Of a stretch of DNA of 51,176 bases, positions 12,111-24,249 are shown in pieces. The translations under genes and the position numbers were made by a program. Origin of the DNA: Octopus bimaculoides (taxonomy: Eukaryota); NCBI RefSeq assembly GCF_001194135.2, contig NC_068982.1:188948334-188999509 (forward strand). The letters are read 5' to 3'. Below the pieces are notes generated by a model. It made no database searches, was not told the origin of the DNA, and was given only the letters and a program-made list of their open reading frames with translations. The stretch's first letter is position 1. Every line of letters starts with the position of its first letter.

Positions 12111-13301
12111 TCTGCTTGTTACCCATAGTAGACATGTTATTTTGATATTTTAACAGAGAAGTCTTGATGGAGGGACAGTGCCCCTGGCTGTCGCAGATCC
12201 ACCTCCCCTCCTCCCGTCATTGGTGGAATAAGTCTGGTTAATACTCTTCATGATAAAATACAAGCCAATGGCTGCAGGAAAACATGGACAGAGGGAATAT
12301 TTCAGTGGGATGGCAGTCTGGCGGAAGGATTGGATTCGTGAATTGTGCAAGGCTAGGGTGACAAAAAAACAACAGAAAAGAAAGCACACACACACACACA
12401 CATCTAAGGGGGCTGTGTGCAACTGAATTTTAATGATCAAATAAATGTTACCCTTTATTCTATTCGGGTTACGTTTGTTGTATTTAAATATTGTGTGTTT
12501 GTGTGTAGATAGAGAGATAGACAGGGAGGAAGAAGCAGATAGAGCAGAATAGAAGATAGATAAAAAGATAGACGGGAGATAGAGAGAGATTATAAGATAG
12601 AAAGATCTGAGCTATCCCTATAGAAACGGAGATACAGAGAGATACGCGGGGATATAGATACATCGAAAACTATAAAGAGATAGGGAGATAAAAGAGAGAG
12701 AGAGAGAGAGAGATGCAGATAATGATAGAGATATAGAGACACACAGATATTGATAGATACGAGTAAAATGTAAGCAAAAAAAAAGGGGAAAAACAAAAGA
12801 GTGAGATCAATCTAAGCACAGAAGATACACAGTACACGTGAGAGCAACTATAAAAGCAGGCAGGAGTTAATCGTTAAACAATTTTAAATCCAGCAGTCAC
12901 GACTTTTATCAGTTACATTATTATTATTATTCGCATGAATTTATTTATTATTCTTTCTGTCTCTTACAACACGCGGCAACAACATGTTTATTGTAACTAC
13001 TATCGTTTCCTACTGACGATGAGGCCGCCGAGGCAGCGAAACGTTTATAGATTTCAAACGTTATTGCTGCAAACCAAATACACAATAAGACTAATACGGG
13101 AAGAGGAGAAAGATATCTCGTAGAAGAAAAGGGAGAACAAAAAAATAATAATAATAAATAAAGATTGAAATTGAGCTTGAATATATTCGTGTCTTCAATA
13201 TAAAACCTGTTTGAAAGAAAATCTGTTCCTGCATGTAAGTATACATGAGTATGTATGTATGTACATTACATGCACACATATACATATACTTCTACACATA
13301 C

Positions 13302-13340
<39 letters not shown>

Positions 13341-13344
13341 CATC

Positions 13345-13632
13345 TGGGTATAGCCTCGGGCCGACCAAAGCCTTGTCAGTGGATTTGGTAGACGGAAACT
13401 GAAAGAAGCCCGTCGTATAGATGTATATATCTATATATATATATATGTGTGTGTTTGTGTGTCTGTGTTTGTCCCCCCACCATCGCTGATGTGTTTACGT
13501 CCCCGTAACTTAGCGGTTCGGCAAAAAGAATAAGTACTAGGCTTACAAAGAATAGTCGATTTTCTCGACTAAAGGCGGTGCTCCAGCATGGCCGCAGTCA
13601 AATGACTGAAACAAATAAAAGAGTAAAAAGAA
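13345..13632 (+). mobile_element. SINE family B, 5'-truncated
   Basis: tatagcctcgggccgaccaaagcc...aaggcggtgctccagcatggccgcagtcaaatgactgaaac. Confidence 0.9.
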
Positions 13633-13642
13633 AAAAAAAGAG

Positions 13643-13751
<109 letters not shown>

Positions 13752-14178
13752 TCTAGCCGCGTGCAAAGTGTACCGAAAGTGTGTGACAGTGTAAGAGAAT
13801 CGATACATAACACAATCACGTGTGTATGTGATTGGTAGAAGGAGGCATCGACTGTAAACAGACGTACAAAACAGCAATCTGTTCACAACCTTCTTTCACT
13901 TCTGCCAATTGTTGTTACCACCTCTTCCTGGCCACTGCTTCATACAGCCCTGCCATTGACGATGACGATGATGATGATGATGTCGCTATTGTTGATGTTG
14001 CAGTTGCTGTTTCTATGCTTCATGTTTCTGCAACTGATATTTTATTACGATTCTCGTCACTACAGATGTTATTGTTGTTGTTGTTACTGTTATCGACGTC
14101 GTTGTTGTTGATGTTGCTGTTGCTGTCACAGCAACATTACCGTTGCTATTGTTGTTGTTGCGATTGTTGTCACTCCAC

Positions 14179-14488
14179 GAAGGCTCAGTGGTTAAGGCAT
14201 TCGGCTCGCGATCGTAAAGTCACGAGTTCGGTTCCCGGCGGCGCGTGGTGTCCTTGAGCAAGACACTTTATTCCACACTGCTCCAGTCGACTCGGCTGGC
14301 AAACATGACTCGTACCTGTAATTCAAAAGGGTCGGCCTTGTCACATTCTGTGTGACGCTGAGAACTACATTAACAGTACACATGTCTGTGGAGTACTCAG
14401 CCACTGGCACGTTGATTTCACGATCAGACGGTTCCGTTGATCGATTCAACTGGAACCTTTGTCATATTGTAACCGACGGAGTGCTAGT
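14179..14488 (+). mobile_element. SINE family C (head type 2)
   Basis: ggctcagtggttaaggc...gagttcggttccc head, tgtccttgagcaagacactt core, family C 3' hairpins. Confidence 0.85.
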
Positions 14489-14501
14489 TGTTACTCTTCT
14501 T

Positions 14502-14671
14502 CAGGGGTCCCCAAACTTTTTAGACCATCGACCCCTTCATGGAATTTTTGACCCCTCATCGACCCCCTCCACCCAGGCATGAACAAGAACAATAAATAAA
14601 CGATAATAATAAGTAGATGTGCATTTATCAACCTGTAGGGGTTCGATATCGACCACTTTGGAGATCCCCTG
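14502..14671. mobile_element. hAT-type MITE
   Basis: TIRs caggggtccccaaact and actttggagatcccctg; degenerate 8-bp TSD ctcttctt/ctctactc (6 of 8). Confidence 0.6.
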
Positions 14672-15660
14672 CTCTACTCGATAATTTTACTAGTGTTGTT
14701 GCTAGCGGTACCACTGTTGATGGAGTTGCTATCATGTTGCTATTACCGTTGTTACAGGTGCTTGTGTTGCTACTACTGCTGCTGCTGCGATTGTTGTTAA
14801 GATGTTGCTAACGGTGCCACCGTTCTTGCTCTTGCCGTGGCTACTGGTGCTCCTACCGATGCTATCGTTGTTGCTACTGCTAGTGGTGTCGCTATTATTA
14901 AAGTTGCTAATGCCATTGCTTCTCTACTGGTGTTATTGTTGTTGTAGTTGTAGCACGTGATTCTAATAATGAATGTAGTGGTGGTGGTGGTGGTGGTGTT
15001 GCCGGGAGTCGTGACGGCGGCGGAATGTATTTATCTGGTTTATATGTCTATCTTTCTTTGTTCTTACCATTCTTGTTGTTGCTGTTATTTGTGCTTCTGG
15101 TAATGGTTAGTGTAGTGGTGGTGGTGGTGGATGTGTGTATGCATGCATGTATAAGCGTAAGAGGGTAGGTATGAAAGTGTGTATATTATTTTATTCTTTT
15201 ATGTTTCAGCTCTGAGACTGAAGCCATGCTGGGGCACCGCCAATATATATATATATATATATATATANNNNNNNNNNNNNNNNNNNNNNNNNNNNNNNNN
15301 NNNNNNNNNNNNNNNNNNNNNNNNNNNNNNNNNNNNNNNNNNNNNNNNNNNNNNNNNNNNNNNNNNNNNNNNNNNNNNNNNNNNNNNNNNNNNNNNNNNN
15401 NNNNNNNNNNNNNNNNNNNNNNNNNNNNNNNNNNNNNNNNNNNNNNNNNNNNNNNNNNNNNNNNNNNNNNNNNNNNNNNNNNNNNNNNNNNNNNNNNNNN
15501 NNNNNNNNNNNNNNNNNNNNNNNNNNNNNNNNNNNNNNNNNNNNNNNNNNNNNNNNNNNNNNNNNNNNNNNNNNNTTTAAATAAAGTATATATATATATA
15601 TATATATATATAGAACCACACACGCCTCTACAACCCGAGCGCTTCTGTATGACTATACGT

Positions 15661-15706
<46 letters not shown>

Positions 15707-15769
15707 GCAGGTTATAGTGGTATAACGTGGTTCACTGTATAAGGCTGGTTATGTTGTTCTTGTTGCTCG

Positions 15770-16190
15770 TTCATCCTTTGTAGCGTGGTGTGTGCAATAT
15801 GTGCCAGATGGTGCACGCAATAAGGTGCAATGTGCAGTGCAATATGTGCCAGATGGTGCACGCAGTAAGGTGCAATGTGGGGTATGCAATGCAGTGAGGG
15901 GTGGTGCATGCAAAGTGGTGTGCAATGCACGTGCGGTTTAGTGAGTGGTATGTGCAAGTATGGCATGTGCACTGCACCACGTGGTATGTGCATAGGGTAC
16001 AGTATGGTATGCAGTGTAGTCGGTGGTGAGTGCAGAGGGCTGCAGTTAATCTGTGCAGTGTGGTGCATCCAGTATAATGCACTGCTTTGTATCACGTATG
16101 GTGCATCGCGGTGTATGTGTTGTGGTGTACGCATGCAACATGGGTGCTACATGAGTGCTACATGCGATTGTAGGATCGGTAATTGATGCA
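15770..16190. repeat. Degenerate TGCA-rich tandem repeat
   Basis: gtgcaatatgtgccagatggtgcacgcaNtaaggtgcaatgtg occurs twice, then decays. Confidence 0.75.
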
Positions 16191-16862
16191 ATATGTGTGT
16201 TTATTTTTATCAAGACGCCACGTTGACCCTGCATGTACCAATGGTGATGGTGGTGGTGGGGGATGCAGCGGTAGCGGTGATAGTGGTGACTAAAAGAGGT
16301 GGTTGTGACAAAGGTCATGTTGATGGTGTTGATTGTAATGGTAGTGATCATACGGGTGGTGCAGGTGGGGGTGGGGGTGATTGTAATGGTGATACTTGTG
16401 ATTGTAGTAGCAGTAGTAGTAGTGGTGGTGATGATGGTGGCCGAGGGTTGTAAACTGTCTGTAGCTGTTTTACATTGTAATGTGTCTGGTTGTGTTGAGA
16501 GAAAGACAGAGAGGAAAAGAGAGAAAAGAAGAGACAGACTGAGAAAGAGAGAGAGAAAGAAATAGAAAGAAAGAAAGAAAAAGAAAGAAAGAAAAAATGA
16601 AAAGAGAGAGAGAGAGAGTGAGTGTGTTTACTTCGAAGTAATATAACTGATGATGGTGTTGTTGAAATTGAATGCGAAATATTGACCCAAGGTCACACGT
16701 TTTGAAGGAAGGATTTTACGTTCAAAGGTGAAGGACCTTTCTATGCCAAAAGACTGAATTGATGTGAACTGCTGTCTCCTACAAAACCGCATTTCTATTA
16801 TACTAAACGTTGAAATCTAGAAACAACCACCAACAACAACAACAACAACACCGCCACCACCT

Positions 16863-17267
16863 GAGGCGGGGTGCTGGCAGAACAGTTGGATAAAATGTTG
16901 AGCGTCATTTCTTCCGGCTCTTCACATTCTGAATTCAAATATCTCCGAGGATAAGTTTGCCTTTCATTTTTTCAAGGTCGGTAAAATATGTACCCGTCAT
17001 GGGGTGGGACGGATGTAATCGACTTACACTCGCCCCAAAACATTGCTGGCCTTGTGTCAAATTTTGAAACCATTTGAGGCAGCGAGCTGGTCGAAATACT
17101 TCGTGGCATTTTGCCCGTCTCTACGTTCTGAGTTCAAACCCCGCCGAGGTTGACTGCCTTTCATCCTTTCGAGGTCAACAAATTAAGTACCAGTTACGCA
17201 CTGGAGTCGATGAAATCGACTAGTCCCCCTTCCCCAAAATTTCAGGCTTGTGTTTTTAGTAGAAAGG

Positions 17268-17338
<71 letters not shown>

Positions 17339-17360
17339 CATTATCATTATCATTATCATT

Positions 17361-17401
<41 letters not shown>

Positions 17402-17612
17402 TATTATCATTGCTTTTGCACAGCTTCTAACGCTGGTAATATGCCATACGGTTTCAAATGGCGCACATTGGCTTCCCGGTATTTCGTCAAATTCCGCCGA
17501 GGTCGACTTTGACTTTGATCCTTTCAGGGTCGATAAATTAAGTACCATTTGAACACTGGGGTCGATGTAATTAACTCACCCCCAAGCTGCCCTTGTGGCA
17601 AACATTTGAAAT
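16863..17612 (+). mobile_element. Head-to-tail cluster of three family A SINEs with an (ATT)/(ATC) tract
   Basis: Copies at 16863-17075, 17076-17269 and 17477-17612; microsatellite at 17268-17410. Confidence 0.85.
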
Positions 17613-17762
17613 AATAATTATTATTAAACTTTATAGTTTATAATCAATCCATGACAGCTCAATAAAATGTTTAAAGGTGAAGTTTTGGAATGAACCTTCA
17701 CTGTAGCGTATTTTATTTTTTATTACGAAATTTCTTCAAAATTTTACCTTTTACCAAAATTC

Positions 17763-17825
17763 TGGCGCAGTGGAGGCGTGCTGGGCCCATAACCCAGAGG
17801 TCTGTAGATCCTAACTAAACTGCTA
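17763..17825 (+). pseudogene. tRNA-iMet(CAT) pseudogene
   Basis: tggcgcagtggaggcgtgctgggcccataacccagaggtc is nearly the conserved eukaryotic initiator tRNA sequence. Anticodon stem ctggg/cccag with CAT at 17788-17790. The 5' acceptor strand is missing and the T arm is degenerate. Confidence 0.8.
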
Positions 17826-17839
17826 TAGTATTTTTTATA

Positions 17840-18200
17840 GGCGTAGGAGTGGCTGTGTGGTAAATAGCTTGCTTACCAACCACATGATTCCAGGTTCTGT
17901 CCCACTGCGTAGCACCTTGGGCAAGTGTCTTCTATAGCCTCGGGCCAACCAAAGCCTTGTGAGTGGATTTGGTAGACGGAAACTGAAAGAAGCCTGTCGT
18001 GTGTGTCTTCCCAACATTGCTTGACAATGGGTGTTGGGGTTTTTATGTCCCTCGTAACTTAGTGGTTCGGCAAAAGGGACCGATAGAACAAGTAGCAGGC
18101 TGTAAAATCAAGTACCGGGGTCGATTCATTCGACTAAATATTCATCAAGGCGGTGCCCCAGCATGGCCGCAGTCTAATGACTAAAACAAGTAAACAATAA
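17840..18200 (+). mobile_element. SINE family B, near full length
   Basis: ggcgtaggagtggctgtgtggtaa head through the gtgccccagcatggccgcagtctaatgact tail. Confidence 0.9.
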
Positions 18201-18480
18201 AATATGTAGCTGCGGTGGCTGTCATTCGTCGACGTACATGACACAGAGTGTGTTTGTTGCTGAGTATAATACGCAGGAACGATGTACTTCAGCCACTGTT
18301 CTGAAATTCTTAAGCTGCCACTAAAAGATAATACCATATAAGCAGGTGCCTATGGGTGTCGAATAGCGAGAGAAGTCTGTTAATAAAATCAAGGATTTCA
18401 CCATTTCTTTTCAGTGTCTCCTTATGAAATTATGGTATTTCAGTCATCATGTCCAGTCAATTGACTTGCATTGTTTAAAC

Positions 18481-18919
18481 CAGTGTATCCCAACATTTTT
18501 TCTTCCGGTGCCCCACTTTTTAAAAAATCTGCTGCCCATCAACATTTCGTTTTTAATATAGAAACACGATCTTCAATTACCTGGCTGGCGGATACCTCGA
18601 CTCAATAGTGAGCGGACTTCACTACTGCTTTTACAAACGCTTGACACTGGACAATAGATATTGAAACAGAGAAACAAATGCCTAACAAATGCAGATACCT
18701 CACTCGGTATGCTGATTGGTCGAATCTACATCGATTCCCATGCTTTAAGTATAAATATTGCATGGCGATGTTTCTTTATTTTTTTTTTTATTCATTTCGA
18801 AATTCAAAGAAAGGCTTAGGTCGACAAGTATGCACTCAAGTCACTTGTAAACATTTTCACAACCCACGCTAACGCATGCCTCACTCCAATTTTCCCACGC
18901 CCCACGTTGGGAAACACTG
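18481..18919. mobile_element. hAT (Charlie-like) MITE
   Basis: TIRs cagtgtatcccaac and gttgggaaacactg; perfect 8-bp TSD gtttaaac at 18473-18480 and 18920-18927. Confidence 0.9.
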
Positions 18920-18959
18920 GTTTAAACCCTTAAACTGAATGTTAGCCCAAAACCGATAA

Positions 18960-19637
18960 CAGGTCGTCGTCGACTTACGACCTATCCGACTTACCACCGA
19001 TCGACTTTACGACGATTGGCGCGCCAGCTCCCGGCAGCAATAATAAATAGGCCAGTTGAAATGTAATGGGGTTAATTTCTTAATCCGTCAACAGATGACG
19101 TCAGCTAACAAACGTTTACTGTAGGTGTGGTTATCCCATGTGTTGGATGAATATCCTGTCGCGGAGACATCGAGGCAACCTCGTATTTGTTACACTACAT
19201 TGTGTATTTCATATATTTGCATGCTTTGGCATTTTTCTATGAACAAATAACATTGTTGTAGAATAATACAGAATGCTGTGTGTGACTTTTACCCGAGAAT
19301 ATTCTTTAAGAATATAAAAATCTTTTCAGCTCTAGGCACAAGGCCCGAAATTTTGTGGGATGGGGCCAGTCGATTAGATTGACCCCAGTGCGCAACTGGT
19401 ACTTAATTTATTGAACCCGAAAGGATAAAAGGCAAAGTCGACCTCGGCAGAATTTGAACTCAGAACGTAAAGACAGACAAAATACCGCTAAGCATTTCGC
19501 CCGGTGTGCTAACGTTTCTGCCAGCTCGCTGCCTTCTTAAGAATGTGAAAATGTAAAACAAAGCTAAGTAGGTCTATAGGCCGACTTACGACCAGTCAGT
19601 CGGAACCAATTGTGGTCGTAAGTCGACGACAACCTGT
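18960..19637. mobile_element. Tc1/mariner (pogo/Tigger-like) MITE with nested SINE
   Basis: TIRs caggtcgtcgtcgacttacgacc and ggtcgtaagtcgacgacaacctg, followed by TA; internal subterminal gacttacgac repeats. Confidence 0.85.
19322..19536 (-). mobile_element. SINE family A inserted in the Tigger-like MITE
   Basis: Full-length family A; 16-bp TSD ttaagaat(a/g)t(a/g)aaaat at 19306-19321 and 19537-19552. Confidence 0.9.
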
Positions 19638-20274
19638 ATATACCGCCAATGCTTGTAGTGGTGTTATATACTATATAAAATCCCCCTTCTCTCTCTATAA
19701 ACACACACACACACACACACAAAGCTATATTACTTATGTGTTTAGAGTTTGTTTATAGTGGGATAATGTTTTAGGCGGTCACTAACGTCAAATTAGAACT
19801 CGGAACTAAATTAATTATCCCTGACATTATGTTGGCGATGCGTTGAATCGTAACACGAGGCATTGAAAAAAAAAGTGTGTTAATGAAAGAAAGAGGATGG
19901 TAATTGCTAAAAAGTTTCAGAAGCACCATTATTTAACCACATTCAAATGTAATAATCCATATTTACACAAATCTCTCACGAGATGTTTTATGGTATCTAA
20001 CCAAATTTTCTCATTGAATCTTAAAAGAAAAAAATTTTCAGGCGTTTCTTTTCAAGATGTCCGATATTCATTCGCGAAAGGTTAAGAACCGAAGTAATAT
20101 TGTCCACCGATTCGTTGGTTCTCGCTGTAATAGATGCAATGACTAAATATCAGAATGGAACGATTGGGGACAGTTGTTTGTATCTGTTTGACACGGCTGA
20201 CTGGATATGCAGTATGTTTTGGGGAGAGTACTTTATGGTGAGGGAGAGAGAGAGAGGGAGAGACGAATACAGAT

Positions 20275-20305
<31 letters not shown>

Positions 20306-20418
20306 GGGAGGGAGACATTACAATTTATTAACTGAACACGATTGACATAAACACTCTCTCTCTCTTCAGACCAACAGACAGAAGCGCACATACTGCAACA
20401 GAGAGAAAGGGATAGAGA

Positions 20419-20471
<53 letters not shown>

Positions 20472-20549
20472 CGAGGTTGAGAGACAGAGAAAAGTACAGA
20501 GGAAGAGAAGGTTGGAGAAAACGAGAGAAACATTAAACTGTCTATTGTG

Positions 20550-21190
20550 AAATTGCTTTGGTCAGTGTGGCACTAAAGTAGAAGTGCCATGATTTCTTCA
20601 TCACTAGGCTAGAGTAGAAGACAAGATTATTGTCAAGCCAGGTTTCATAAGAGACAGGTCTTTGGTCAGCCTGAGGATATAGCAGAGACAAGACTTTGGC
20701 AAATATGTGGTTATATATTAAAAAAATATATAAAAAAAATTATTTAACCCAGGTTTAGAGGAGAATTAAGGCCAGCAGATGAAAGGGTTTTAGTAGGCCG
20801 GGATGGGGGACGAACAGACAACTAATATTTTTGGGGGCCCATGTCTGGCAGAAGACAAATTTTTCGTCTGTCTGCAGTTAAAGATAACGCTTTTGGCAGC
20901 ATGGAATGATGTAAAAAGAAAAGGTATTGTTTAGCCCGAGGTCAGAGTAAAAGACAGGGCTTTGTTCAGTCCGAGGCTAAAGTAGAAGAAAGGAATTTGT
21001 TTAGCCCTGAGCAAACGGGAAATCCGATCAACATTGATCAACTCGAGTTAAGGCTGTGGTCAGCCTGTGATCAATAAGAGTGAAATCTTTGGCCAGCTCG
21101 GTGACATAATTCACAAGATGTTGGTCAGTCCGTACCTATATAGAAGACAATGTTTAGGTCAACAGGGTTAATAGCGGAAGACAAAAAAAT
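20550..21190. repeat. Degenerate 33-35 bp minisatellite derived from a SINE B segment
   Basis: Units such as acagggctttgttcagtccgaggctaaagtagaag match the SINE B minus-strand segment caaggctttggtcggcccgaggctatagtagaaga; roughly 18 units. Confidence 0.7.
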
Positions 21191-21213
21191 TGATAAATCA
21201 GAGCCATGTATAA

Positions 21214-21408
21214 CCCTTTCTATTATAGGCACAAGGCCTGAAATTTTGGGGGAGGGGACCAGTCGATTACATCGCCCCCAGTGCGTAACTGGTACTTAAT
21301 TTATCGACCCCGAAAGGATGAAAGCCAATGTCAATCTCGGCGGAATTTGAACTCAGAACGTAACGGCAGACGAAATACCGCTAAGCATTTCGTCCAGCGC
21401 ACTACCTT
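21214..21408 (-). mobile_element. SINE family A, slightly 5'-truncated, with TSD
   Basis: Perfect 18-bp TSD aatcagagccatgtataa at 21196-21213 and 21409-21426. Confidence 0.92.
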
Positions 21409-21651
21409 AATCAGAGCCATGTATAATAGCTAAAACCCTAACCCTAACACTGTAGTGAAGATCGTGCGGGTGTTACGGAAAAGGGAGATCTTTGGTAAAG
21501 ATCGCCATCTGATACATTCTTTTGTAGTCTTTATACCATCTGATAAATATTTATTTTGCAATAAAAAATACTTACTGCGGGAGACTTTCTGAACACCCTG
21601 TAAGTAAATATATGTATGTATGTATGTATGTATGTGTGTGTGTGCGTGCGT

Positions 21652-21814
21652 GACGGGCTTCTTTCAGTTTCCATCTACCAAATCCACTCACAAGGCTTTG
21701 GTCATCCCAAGGCCATAGTAGAAGACACAGTCCCCAAGGTGCCATATAGTGGGACTGAACTCGGAACCATGTGGTTGCGAAGCAAACTTCTTACCACACA
21801 GCCTCGCATGCGCC
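21652..21814 (-). mobile_element. SINE family B, 5' half
   Basis: Reverse complement of the family B head and core. Confidence 0.85.
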
Positions 21815-22229
21815 TATATGTGCTTATAACGAAATTACGTGTACACAGATCGCATTATTGGTGATAATTACGAAATATTTGCCACCACAGCTTCAACCAG
21901 ATTGCTCAAATTTCTTAATATTTTTCACACGTTTTCTCACCCCCACCGCTCTCTGTCTCTCTCATTTACTTCCTATTATTATTTCTCCCACTCTCTCTTC
22001 TCCTCTCGCCCCTACCACCAACGCACACTCCTTCATTGCTTCTCACTTTTTTTTGTAGTGTTTTCTGTTTGTTTTCAATGAGTCTATTGTTTGTTGTGTT
22101 TGCTCTGCTTTTTATCCTTCACTAAAGGCTTGTCGTCAGCCAAGAAATACGGTGGAATTTCAACACTAAACATGAACCACTTCTGTCCTAGTTTCCGGCT
22201 AAAATATTTCACTTCTTACAGTGTGAGTG

Positions 22230-22261
<32 letters not shown>

Positions 22262-22334
22262 TCAGAGAGAGAGAAGTATTATGCGGCTAGTGCAAGCTAT
22301 TATCCAATGCTTCAAATATATATATAATTCTAAA

Positions 22335-22456
22335 ATTCTTGAACAAGAATATTATTGACAGTGACTTCGAAGTTTTGGCTAGTTAAGCCATTGTTTTGTT
22401 TAAGAATAATAAATTTGTACTCTACAAAAGTATAGACTATGCCATCAGATTAATGA
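22335..22456. mobile_element. Penelope-like HHR-b repeat, deleted copy
   Basis: Shares ttgacagtgacttcgaagttttggctagttaagcca and gaataataaatttgtactctac...catcagattaatg with 29308-29477 and 43660-43831. Confidence 0.6.
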
Positions 22457-22477
22457 ATAATTATTTTTATTGCAGTC

Positions 22478-23129
22478 TTCTAGCGGACGTGATCTGGGCA
22501 TTACTGTAAACAACGATTGGACAAACCACATTTCTAAGATTGTCAAGAAGGCTGACGGTGTCCTAGCATCACTCAGTAAGACCTTTGTCGTCCGTTCTCC
22601 AGCTACCCATTTAAAACTGTATACGACAATGGTACGTCCACACTTGGAATTTGCATCAACAATCTGGAACCCCTATCTTGCTCAGCATATAAATCTCCTG
22701 GAAGCTGTTCAGAAATGTGCAACAAAACGAATACCTGCCGTCAGGCATCTACCACACTCTGGACGTCTTGTTTCTCTGGGCATGGATACCATTGAAGCTC
22801 AGACGTCTAGCAAGTCACTTGGTAGACATCCACAAGATTATCCACCATCTTTCCAAAAACATTGGGCACTTTTTTGAATTCCATGACAAACACTCGCCGA
22901 CATGCTCATAAAATTAAAAAAACAACACAGCACCCATGACTTTCGGAAACATTTTTTCATGTTCAGAATTGCTGAAGCATGAAAAACTACCCGTATCAGT
23001 CTTTAGCTGTCGAGACACTACATCCTTCAAAATTTCCATGTTTCCTGAAATCTGCCAACGGTACACCTGATGGCCCCTTTTGTTTTCTTTCAGTTCTAGT
23101 GCACCTGAGCACTATATACAACAATTTCC
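22478..23129 (+). mobile_element. CR1-group LINE 3' end (RT C-terminus and 3' UTR), decayed
   Basis: RDLGITVNNDWTNHISKIVKKA...LYTTMVRPHLEFASTIWNPYL...LEAVQKCATK, then HKIKKQ...RKHFFMFRI, are standard CR1/L2-group post-RT motifs. The tail continues at 24171-24190 after a nested insertion. Confidence 0.88.
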
Positions 23130-24170
23130 GGATCTATTCCATCTCGATAACAGATCTTTTAATTAATCTTTTTTAACTAAACAGTTTAAAACTTCGAATA
23201 ACTGGTAGAATTTCTCATGTAGAACACAGTTAACTCTGAATGTTTTTGAGAAAATTTGGTATTTTAGAAGATATTTTGTGTTAAAGTCGTATTTGGGTAA
23301 TTTCAACCAATCAATGACGTGCATTCGGTTGAAGAAAGCTACTGCTGTTTGCAATAGTAATCGAAGAGGAACAACTTCCGAGTCATCTCTACTAAATGTC
23401 ACCACTCTGTTCTAGCCGTATGGCGAGCGAAGACGATGCCGCCTTTATCTTTTCTTCCTTTATAGTCAGCACCATGCATTCCTTACTCTTTCCCTCCCTT
23501 CTACACCATCAACTAGCAACCAGCAAGCAAACTTGTCACTGTCACTACAATTACCATATTTTCCAGTGTATAAGCCACTATTTGTTTTGTTTTACCTTCA
23601 TGCTTTGATTATGTTATTTTGTATCTAATAAAGACTTCTATATTAATGAAATGTATCTGTTGTTGCTTATAGTAAGATAAAATCATGACAATAACAAAAC
23701 AACTGATAGTTGTAAAATAAATCATTTTGAAACTACATATTCGTCAACAAGAAAAAAGCTAGCTGCGGACTCGTTGCTCTGTAGGTCTTTTAAACACCGG
23801 CGCACTTTATGTGTGGATAAAAAACACTGATGTGGGGCAAACGAATAAATATATGTAAATAATATTTCTTCCTTCTTGGTGTTGATTCTTCGAACAAAGT
23901 AGTGACATTTAGCAGAGATGACCCGGAAGTTGTTCCTCCTCGATTACTATCGTAAACAGCAATAGCTGTCTTCAACCAAATACACGTCGTTGATTGGTTG
24001 AAATTACCCAAATACGACAACACGAAATAACTTCTAAAATACGAAATTTTCTCAAAAATGTTCAGAGCAAACTGTGTTCTATGTGAGAAATTCTACCAGT
24101 ATTCGAGGTTTCAAACTGTTTAGTTAAAACAAATTAATTAAAACATCTATGATTGAGATGGAATACGTCC
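23130..24170. mobile_element. Non-autonomous DNA transposon with about 280-bp TIRs
   Basis: 23130-23411 is the reverse complement of 23892-24170; termini GGA...TCC; 8-bp TSD caatttcc/caatttcg (7 of 8). Confidence 0.85.
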
Positions 24171-24249
24171 CAATTTCGTTTATTATATTATTTTGATATA
24201 TATGTGTGCGCACGTATATACATACGTACATATTACACTCGTACACAGA

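Noticed and set aside
15712-16186. His/Cys/Met-rich ORFs resembling metal-binding proteins
   Set aside because: Explained by a degenerate TGCA-rich tandem repeat that is open on both strands.
16643-16690. ctgatga...gcgaaatatt hammerhead-like spacing
   Set aside because: No stem I pairing and weak stem II; likely chance.
20050-20250. Unique segment with a minus-strand pyrimidine tract (possible exon)
   Set aside because: The pyrimidine tract is a (GA)n microsatellite, all frames close quickly and no motif is recognisable.
20550-21190. CRISPR-like array
   Set aside because: Eukaryotic context, contiguous diverged units without unique spacers, and no cas genes.
22335-22456. Helentron/HINE interpretation of the gacttcgaag palindromic family
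   Set aside because: The inverted-repeat junction differs between copies and the arms reconstruct a hammerhead core, which fits a Penelope-type origin better; not fully excluded.
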